Of a stretch of 8,260 nucleotides of DNA, positions 1 to 7,665 are shown piece after piece. A program made the translations under genes and the position numbers. Location of the stretch: NCBI GenBank assembly GCA_043228905.1, contig JBHGNT010001452.1, forward strand, positions 1 to 8,260, given 5' to 3'. How positions within the stretch are numbered: the first letter of the stretch is position 1; each line of letters opens with the position of its first letter. The notes beneath the pieces were generated by a model. The model was not told the DNA's origin. It ran no database searches and was given only the letters and a program-made list of their open reading frames with translations. The stretch comes from Azolla caroliniana (taxonomy: Eukaryota > Plantae > Polypodiophyta).

Positions 1-3000
1 ATGAGGGGTTTACCGGAGCCGAATCAGAGGCACATACTCGAAGTGCCCTTCAAGTACCGGAGTATCCATTTTACCGCATTCCAGTGCTCTTTTTCGGGGT
101 TGGTCATGAACCGACTCACCACTCCGACTGCATATCCAATAGCCGGTCGAGTACACACCATTGCGTACATCAAGCTCCCGACCGCAGAGGCATATGGAAT
201 CTTCATCATTTCCGCCTTCTCTGCTTTGTCTTCGGGCTTTGCTTACCAGATAGTTTGGAGTTTGTCGGGAGTGTCGATCCGACCGGTTTTGCTTCTAACA
301 TGTTAAACCGTTGAAGCACCTTTGTCACATACTTTTCCTATGACAGCCACAAATGCTTCTTCAACCGGTCCCGGATGATGTGCATTCCCAGTATCTGTCT
401 TGTTGTATCCAAGTCTTTCATTGAGAAGGTCCGGTTAAGGGCCTTCTCCAGCATCCGTATCTTGACTTGGTCTCGTCTGACAATCAACATGTCGTCCACG
501 TACAAGAGCAATATCAGGAAATCTCCTCCATCAAATTTCTTCACAAACACGCAGTGTTCGGCCTGCATCTTGTGGTACCCTTGATCAGTCATGAAGGAGT
601 CAAACTTCCGGTACCATTGCCGGGTAGCTTGCTTCAGTCCGTATAAGCTCTTCTTCAATCGGCACACCAGGTGCTCCTTCCCTTCTTCTCAAATCCTTCC
701 GGTTGATGCATGTAGATCTCTTCTTCGAGGTCTCCATGTAGGAATGCCGTCTTGACATCCAGTTGCTCTACCTCGAGGTCCATGCTTGCCACTATGCCCA
801 ATACCGTCTGGATGGATGTCATCTTTACTATCGGGGCAAAGATCTCATCGAAGTCCACTCCTTTCTTCTGCTGGAAGCCCTTCACCACGATTCGGGCCTT
901 ATACCTTGGTGGATTTCCGGCGTCTCCCGGTTTCAGCTTGTACACCAACTTGGTCCGGATTGCCCTCTTTCCTTTCAGCAACTCCACCAATTCGTATGTG
1001 TGGTTCTCATGCAGGGAATCCATCTCATCCTGCATGGCACTCAACCACTTGCCATTGTGGGTGTCTCCCCTTGCTTCTTCAAAACTTTCCGGCTCCCCCT
1101 CATCGGTTAGCAACACATGCTCTGCATCCAGAAATCTCCGGGGGGCTCTCCTCTCTCTAAGAGGATATCTCCGACTTTGGCTTTCGGCAACCGGCTCCCC
1201 TGTTTGTTCTTCATCCGAATCTGATTTGGGGTCCTGTACGGTTCCGGTTTTAGCTTCCTCTTCTTCTTCTTCTTCGGCCAGTTCGGGTTCTACTTCGAAA
1301 CCGGTTGGTTCTTCGAGTGCCATCCGGCTCCTTGCCGGGTAGGTCCTTATCTCCTCTAACTGATCTTTGCCAGTCGACTCGGAGTTCATTATCTTCTTCT
1401 CTGACTCCCAATCGGCAATGGTCTTGTCCTCCATGAAGATAATATCTCGACTCCGGGAAACCTTCTTGTCGACCGGGTCCCACACTCGGTAGCTGAACTC
1501 ATCGTCGTCGTATCCGAGGAATATGCAAGGCCGGGACTTTGAATCCCACTTTGCTCTCCGGTCCTTTGCAACATGCACGTAAGCGAGACACCCGAACACC
1601 TTCAGATACCGGTAAGACACATCCTTACCGGTCCATACTTTCTGTGGTGAGTCTCCATCCAAGGGTACTGAGGGTGATCTGTTTATCACATAGGTCGCCG
1701 TCGTCAACGCCTCAGCCCAAAACGTCTTGGGTAGCTTGGCATATGTGAGCATGCTCCAGACTCTCTCCATTATGGTCCGGTTCATCCTTTCAACCAACCC
1801 GTTTAGTTCTGGTGTCTTCGGCATGGTGAATTCGAGACAAATTCCCTTCGACCGGCCATACTCCTCGAACTGCCCTTGGTATTCTCCTCCGTTATCTACT
1901 CGAACCGCTTTCAGCTTCTAGCCGGTTTCTCTTTCCACTCTCACGTGGAGCTCCTTGAAGATGGATAACACTTGATCCTTTGTCTTCAATGGTGAGACCC
2001 ACAACTTCCGGCTGTGGTCATCTATGAACGTCACGAAGTATTGCGATCCAGCATGTGACTTCGTGTCTACTTGACACACATCGGTATGCACCAGCTCCAC
2101 TGGTGCATTCCGTCTCATCGGTGGTCTTGACCGGAAGGAGGTGCGGTTTTGCTTGCCGGCCAGGCAGTCGGTGCACTTCTCAAGTTGCACGTCCTTCACC
2201 GGAATGAGGTTGTCTTCGGCAAGCCTCTTCATCCCCTTCTCACTCATGTGACACAGTCTTTTGTGCCATAGCTCACTAGCAGTGTCGGATGCTACGTCCA
2301 CTTCTTCCCAGCATATCCGGGCATTCATCAAGTACAGTGTGTTGACCTTCCGGGCTCGAGCCACTATTAAGCTCCCTTTGCAGAACTTCATGACACCGTT
2401 CCAGATGCTACCTGTGTAGCCTTCATCATCTAGCTGACCGGCTGATATCAGGTTCAGTCGAACCTTCGGAACGTGTCGGACATCCTTCAGCAGCAACTTG
2501 CATCCGGTTGATGTCGTCAACAACACATCTCCTATGCCGATAATTCGGCATGTCCCTTAATTCCCCATCCGGACACAACTATGCTCATCGGTTGTGTAGG
2601 ATGAGAAGCATTTCCGGTCTGGGGTAAGATGGAACGACGCTCCGGAATCGACAAACCACGTTGTCTCGTCGACAACAAGGTTCAACTCACTCTCCTCGGT
2701 GATGAGCATTAGCTCTTCTTCACTTGCCACAATCACCGTTGTTCCCTTTCGGTCCAGGCCTTGCCGATCCGAACCGTTTCGGTCTGGTGACTTCTTCGAA
2801 TCGGTATTGTTGGTTCCCTTGTCTTTCCGGAAATGCCGACAGTTCTTTTGGAAATGCCCCGACTTGCCACAATAGAAGCAAGTGGGCCTCCCCCTTGACT
2901 TTGACCATGTCCCCGAATTTTCCCGATTCTGGGGACTTCGATTCTTTTGTCTTCCGCATTCCGATTCGGTAAGGAGGGCTTTGGCGTCGAAGATCACCTC

Positions 3001-3563
3001 CTTGTCTTTCTGACACGCCTCCTCATCTAGCAAGCTCGACTTGACTCTTGCTAGGGATAGTTGTTTTCCTTCTGGCCCGGCGTTACCCAATGTGACAACT
3101 AACGTCTCCCAGCTATCTAGGAGGGAACCAAGCAGGAGTAGAGCAAGCACCTCATCGGCGAGAGGTACTTCCAACAAGTTTGCTTGGTGTATCAGCCCCT
3201 GGAAGGCATTCATGTGCTCTGCCATAATGGAGTCGTTGTGGTACCGGAGCCTCACTAGCTTCCGAAATACCGAAACCCGATTAACAACATTCTTGTTCTG
3301 GAACATGATGCCGATCTTCTCCTAGAGTTCATCTCTTCATTGAAGTTGATGTACAGGCTCATGTCAATGAAGCACCGGATGTATGTCGTCGTCTTCATGT
3401 GCATCACCTCCCACACCGTGGCGTCAATCTTATCTGGGGTCCTGTACCCGAACCGAACCAGCAACTAAAGAACTTTAACCACCAGCATGTCCCTCATCTT
3501 CGACTTCCATACTGAGTAGTTGGAGCCGGTGAGATTGAACATGCCGCCATAAGATTGTTCCAT
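1..3563 (-). pseudogene. gag-pol: Disrupted gag-pol polyprotein of element A
   Basis: ATG at 3563 (MEQSYGGMFNLTGSNYSVWKSKMRDML). Motifs: zinc knuckle CFYCGKSGHFQKNC; protease WFVDSGASFH; LWHKRLCH...CTDC; integrase HTDVC / FIDDHSR / DNGGEY / ERMNRT; RT QLDVKTAFLHG, KSLYGLKQA, LLYVDDML. In-frame stops at 3465, ~3323, 2557, 1918, 338 and 24. Frameshifts near 3335, 679 and 228. Confidence 0.95.
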
Positions 3564-3577
3564 TTTTTGTGTTGTTC

Positions 3578-3589
3578 GCTTTGATACCA
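3578..3589 (-). other. Primer-binding site complementary to tRNA-iMet 3' end
   Basis: Minus strand reads TGGTATCAAAGC, one mismatch from canonical TGGTATCAGAGC, and lies 3 nt after the LTR end ...TCTCTTCA. Confidence 0.93.
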
Positions 3590-3858
3590 ATTTGAAGAGA
3601 AATGCACGAAATATTGCTCGACCACAACCGAGTAGTAAACCACTTCTATAAGAATCAAACACAAAAATGGGAAGTGGAGAGTACACAAGAAATTGAAACA
3701 AGATATTTACGTGGAAAACCCTAATAAGGAAAAACCATGGGAGCCCACAGACTCCGAACTATCACTATGAAGAGAAGGGGTGCAATCAGAGACTTGGAGG
3801 CAACGACCTCGAGCTCTGTTTCTTCGCACAGTGGCGGTTACAACAGAGTATCGCTCTG

Positions 3859-3860
<2 letters not shown>

Positions 3861-3905
<45 letters not shown>
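3861..3905. repeat. (TC)22/(GA)22 microsatellite inside LTR A
   Basis: Perfect TC dinucleotide run of 45 bp. Confidence 0.99.
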
Positions 3906-3908
<3 letters not shown>

Positions 3909-3976
3909 CAACAGTTACAACAATATGACAACAACACAATCTTGCTCACTTACCCTAAAGTTATTGCCCTAAGTCA

Positions 3977-3985
3977 TATTTATAG
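3977..3985 (-). promoter_or_regulatory. TATA box of LTR A
   Basis: Minus-strand CTATAAATA, about 185 bp inside the LTR 5' end and oriented with gag-pol. Confidence 0.7.
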
Positions 3986-4170
3986 TTATATGAACTTACG
4001 GCTATTTACAAATATAGCCTCAATGGGCTTATTTAGGACATATTTACAAATCTGTCTTCTCTTCCAGTTCTCACCGGGTCCACCGATCCGGTTTCTAGAT
4101 CTCTTCCGGTTCTCACCAGGTTCTCTTTATTCATCATCGGATCTCATCCGGAGAGACTGGTTTCCCAACA

Positions 4171-4928
4171 TGTAGATCCAAGTGTGCTTGGAGAAATCAT
4201 CGATGAACATGACATAATATCGGCATCCGCCGAATGTGGTTGTATGTGCCGGTCCCCAAACGTCGGAGTGGACTACATCCAAGACTCCATTGCTCATGTT
4301 CCTCTCTTTCGGGAACGGATGTCGGCGTTGTTTTGCCGAATTGGCACACCTCACAAACACCAATGCTCTCTTTTTCTATAAAATCCGGGAGTTTGATGAC
4401 GACTCCTTTCGATTGCATGTTCTGGTGCTTCCAGATATTGATGTAGCCAATTCTCTTGTGCCACAGTTTCAAGTCAGTGTCAACTTTGAGGCCTTTCGCA
4501 AACGTGGTTGACTTCACCTCATTTGACTCGAGGATAAACATTCAACCTTCTCGTCGACCTTGAGCTATGAGTCAACCGTCTTTTTCAATGAAGCACCCTT
4601 CATTATTGAACCGCACTTGCATGCCTTGTTCTACTATCTGGCCAATTGAGACCATATTTTTCGTGATGGTTGGGACATGTAGAATGTTCTTGAGGTAGGT
4701 TTGCTTGCCATCTGGGACATTTCCGACATGCCAAAGGGGGGTGACTTGTGTCATCCCCAGTTTCGACATAGCCTGGTTGATTAGGATTCCTCAATTCTCA
4801 GAACCAATCTTTGTGAGACATCATGTGATTGGACACTCCAGAGTCGACAAACCATACATTATCTAAAGAAGAGGTGTTGGTCGGCCCCTATGCCGACATC
4901 GAGTGTGCTTTTATACCTCATTATGAAC
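4171..4928 (-). pseudogene. pol: Element B: fragment of a second copia polyprotein (late gag, protease, GAG-pre-integrase, integrase N-terminal part)
   Basis: Across frames: FIMRYK..DNVWFVDSGVSNHM, GYVETGDD, NILHVPTITKNMVSIGQIV, LWHKRIGY, CEVCQFGK, VHSDVWGP, YYVMFIDDFSKHTWIY. Several stops and frameshifts. Both ends are cut exactly at LTR termini of neighbouring elements. Confidence 0.93.
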
Positions 4929-5650
4929 TGTAAAGAATCGAGGGTGATTCTATGCAGCAGAAGGACTGTGTGTGTGCACATGAGACAAGAGAGAAGGAGA
5001 GAGAGAGAGGGAGAGAGAGGGAGGGAGGGAGAGAGCTCTAGACAAGAAACTGTATATTACATCCAACAACAACTAAGTTACAAAAGGTTGGCTTAAATAC
5101 CAACTAGTGTAGGGCAAATGCCCTTTCTACTAATTACAGAAATGTCCTAGTAAGTTGTCCACTGCCTAGTGTGAACACTATTCCTACGGGAAGTTGAGTT
5201 CTGTTACCGGCCGGCAAAGGAGTCCAGAGTGGGGAATGGAGAGCTAATTAAATAGTAGGAATGTGGTTATAATTAAGTTATGAGTGTGGACGGACGGACC
5301 GGAAGCGGTATGCCGTTCCGGATCCGGACCGATCCCGAACAGGTGCGGAGGGCACCGTTTTGTAATACAGACCGGAAACCTATTTAAAGGCCCGGATACA
5401 ACGTAATAGTTAGCGGTTAATTAATGAAAGCTTAAGCGTTGTTATCTCTCTGTGTTAATTGCCGTTCTGTCTTAATTGTTATATCTTACGCGTGTTATGA
5501 AGACGATCCTAATAAGTAACTTGATTAAGTCGGATTAAGCATTGAAGTCTAATCCGGTTGCCGTAACACCCTTTGGTGAAGTGTCTCCCGTAGACACCCT
5601 GTGTTAGGCCATTGTCCGGCCCGAAGAGTTAACAAGTTCGATTCTCAACA
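4929..5650 (-). repeat. 3' LTR of element C (about 284 bp once the nested solo LTR and one TSD copy are removed)
   Basis: Plus strand TGTAAAGAATCGA (4929) ... TCGATTCTCAACA (5650) form an 11/13 terminal inverted repeat. A purine tract is adjacent at 5651-5660. Minus-strand TATTTAA at 5093-5099 is followed by a CT-rich tract (~4985-5036). Confidence 0.85.
5202..5634 (+). mobile_element. Solo LTR (433 bp) of an unrelated LTR retrotransposon nested in LTR C
   Basis: TGTTA...TAACA termini with a perfect 5-bp TSD AGTTC at 5197-5201 and 5635-5639. Non-coding. TATTTAAA at 5381-5388 suggests plus orientation (tentative). Confidence 0.85.
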
Positions 5651-5660
5651 TGCCCCTTCG
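5651..5660 (-). other. Polypurine tract of element C
   Basis: Minus-strand CGAAGGGGCA immediately precedes the LTR start TGTTGAG. Confidence 0.7.
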
Positions 5661-5835
5661 AACACAACTTCCAGATGTCAAAAAGTTGTTTCGGTTCGGT
5701 CTTCGGAGTACTTCGATTCGGATGAATTAGCTTTTGTCTTTCGAAATCTTCGAACTTGGTTGTTTAGCTTTTTGACTTCATGCTCATTGTTCGTCGTACT
5801 TCGACTCCTCTGGTCGGCTTTGATCGATTGATCAG

Positions 5836-6840
5836 TTACTTATGCTTCTCGGCTACTTCTGTGTCACCTGTTGTACTCCCCCTCAAGCTCGGCAATGTAG
5901 AGATTGTGAGACCAAGGTCCGATGCAAATTGCCCTAGCTTGTCGACTCGTAAGGCCTTCGTAAAGATGCCAGCAATTTGAAGGTTTGTACTGATGTGTTG
6001 GAGATCGATTTTGCCGGCCCTGAACGCGCTCGCAAATGAAGTGGTAGTGCACTTCGATGTGTTTGGTCCACGCGTGGAACACCAGGTTCCAAGCAAGATA
6101 GATACTACTCATGTTGTCGTAGTAGAGACGAATTGGATCTGTGATGAGAATGCCAAGGTCCTTCAAGATGCGTTTGAGCTAGAAAACTTCGCACTCGGCG
6201 ATTGTAGAGTCCTTGTATTTAGCCTTTGTACTCGACAATGCAACTATCAGTTGCTTCTTACTGCTCTAGGAGATTGCTCCGCTACTAAGAGAGAAAACGA
6301 ATCCAGAGGTTGAATGTCTATCAGCCTTATAGCCTGCCTAGTCCGCATATGTGTACCCCTCGAGTTGAATAAGTGTATTCGACATATACATGATGTCGTA
6401 GTCCATCGTCGTACTGACATGACAAAGTATCCTCTTAATGCAATCGAGATTATCATTTCATGGGTTCTACTTGAATTGGCTGAGTAGGTCGACCAAATAG
6501 CTGAAGTCGGGTCGTGTGATGGTTAGATAGATGAGGCTACCGATCAGTTGACGATACTAAGTCGGGCCGGACTCTTTGGTTCCCGAATCGGCATCGAGCT
6601 TGAGATTTCAGTCGAGAGGGGTCGACACAAGTTTGCACTTGGTCATTCCGAACTTGTAGAGTAAGTTGAGAACGTAGTGTCATTGAGAGATCGGCATCCC
6701 GACCGGTGTCTGAATTACTTCGATGCCAAGGAAGTAATGGAGCTCGTGCATATCTTTCATTTCAAATCTACCAGATAGGAGTGATTTTACCTTATTAATC
6801 TCAGCGAGATCCTTTCCTCTGATGACCAAATCATCCACGT
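5836..6840 (-). pseudogene. pol: Element C RT C-terminal half and RNase H, disrupted
   Basis: VDDLVI...FEMKDMHELHYFLGIEV, YRQLIGSLIYLTITRPD, GYTYAD*AG (DADWAG), SSKKQ, YDNMSSI, HAWTKHIEVHYHF, QIAGIFTKAL, SLRG. Many stops and frameshifts. Confidence 0.94.
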
Positions 6841-7002
6841 TGTCGCGAAGATTGTGGTTGTGTGTCGCAACCGCCGAGGTTCTGTGACTCAGGGATGATC
6901 GGGGTGAAAACGCATAATCGCAAACGGTGCGATGACAAGAAGCCGAGAAGGCGAGATCAATGCGACGTTGTCGCGAAAAGAATTTTACTTGTAAAACAAC
7001 CA

Positions 7003-7290
7003 CTTACAATATTTATTTGCCAAAAGTTACTTGGCAAGACTTGAACTCACAAACTCTATTTGAGAAGAAGCGTTTGAGATAGACCACTTCAATCTCTCTG
7101 GTTTCTATTTATTTGTCTTTCTCTTTCACTTTATATATACTAAATTTATATTACAAAATTTGATTACCAAAAGAAGTTATTTGAAGAGGATTCAAACTCA
7201 TGACCTCTTGTTTACAAAGAGGCGTTTGTGATACACCACTTTAACTTCTTCCTTTTCTTATATCCCTTTTCTTTTCTTTAACTCTTGTCT
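7003..7290 (-). repeat. Two degenerate tandem ~150-bp units with tRNA-like A/B-box motifs
   Basis: 7070-7092 vs 7222-7244 match at 20/23 (offset 152). B-box-like GAGTTCAAGTC (7038-7048) and GAGTTTGAATCC (7188-7199). A-box-like AGTGGT (7083-7088, 7235-7240). Confidence 0.6.
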
Positions 7291-7403
7291 TGATTTATGC
7301 AGGTCACCATCTTCTTTGGCAAGCTCTGCATCCCATACCCACACGAGCTTCTTCACTCACTTTTCCTTCTCTTCCTTCTCCTTCTCCTCCTCTCTCCCCC
7401 TTT

Positions 7404-7491
7404 AGCCACCATAGGCGTGGCTTATATAGGGTGGTCAACCGCCCTACCACCCTCTTGAGGCGGTTGACAAACCGCCTCATGCAAGGCGGTT
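7404..7491. repeat. Cluster of short perfect inverted repeats overlapping a minus-strand TATA (CTATATAA, 7422-7429)
   Basis: GTCAACCGCC/GGCGGTTGAC, TGAGGCGGTT/AACCGCCTCA, AACCGCCT/AGGCGGTT, AGGGTGGT/ACCACCCT and AGCCAC/GTGGCT. Confidence 0.85.
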
Positions 7492-7665
7492 GTATTTTTA
7501 TTTTATTTTCTTTTCTTTTCTTTATTTATTGATGCTACAATTCAATTTTATAGTTCTATATTTAAGAAATTATAGAAATAGCCCTTATTAAATTTTGACT
7601 CCCCCTTTTGACATAATTACATTTTTGTCCCAAGTAACATTAATCCTTCCGAAGCTTGTATCTTG

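Larger units (their letters stand above)
1..4170 (-). mobile_element. Ty1/copia LTR retrotransposon A (Tnt1/Tork-like), degenerate; 3' part runs off the window
   Basis: Minus-strand order is LTR, PBS, gag (CCHC), protease, GAG-pre-integrase, integrase, RT. Integrase before RT is the copia order. Motifs such as TPELNGLVERMNRT and PYASAVGSLMYAMVCTRP are Tnt1-like (lineage inferred). Confidence 0.96.
3593..4170 (-). repeat. 5' LTR of element A (578 bp)
   Basis: Minus strand runs TGTTGGGAAA...TTTCTCTTCA, giving TG/CA ends and a 7/10 terminal inverted repeat. It is bounded by the PBS on one side and by the abrupt break in element B's integrase on the other. The partner LTR is outside the window. 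Confidence 0.88.
6841..7665. mobile_element. Unclassified non-copia segment replacing part of element C's RT; probably a fragment of a DNA transposon (MULE/CACTA-like) or of another LTR
   Basis: Copia homology stops within the Tyr codon of YVDD (6840) and resumes at DYAET (7666). The segment is largely AT-rich and non-coding, with TCGC/GCGA and AACCGCC/GGCGGTT motif clusters. No TSD or paired TIR was found. Confidence 0.5.

Noticed and set aside
752-1342. 196-aa plus-strand ORF and other plus-strand ORFs over pol regions
   Set aside because: They are antisense shadows of the copia frame, Ser-rich, with no recognisable motifs.
1918-2559. In-frame stops as programmed readthrough sites between domains
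   Set aside because: They fall inside the protease and integrase domains and co-occur with frameshifts; simple decay explains them.
3707-4175. ORFs with ERERER or SLSLSL runs
   Set aside because: They are translations of the TC microsatellite within the LTR.
5104-5170. Hairpin plus CTAG(T) as a Helitron 3' end
   Set aside because: Hairpin-CTAG spacing is wrong and the region is explained as LTR C U3.
5563-5585. Alternative solo-LTR end GTAACA (5568) followed by TGGTGAAG as a possible PBS
   Set aside because: The inverted match to TGTTAC is slightly better, but no TSD follows it, whereas 5634 is followed by a perfect AGTTC. The PBS match is short and unusually spaced.
6862-7044. THNRKRC in a 60-aa ORF resembling the MULE zinc-knuckle tail (GHNxxxC)
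   Set aside because: The upstream CxxC is missing and the match is too short to support a coding call.
6841-7346. TGTCGCG at 6841 as an LTR start with CACGT TSD, ending at CA+CACGA (~7341)
   Set aside because: The TSD is imperfect, there is no terminal inverted repeat, and RT sequence does not resume after 7346.
7598-7611. AAAAGGGGGAG (minus) as a functional PPT
   Set aside because: It is followed by TCAAAA rather than a TG LTR start, and no RNase H lies upstream.
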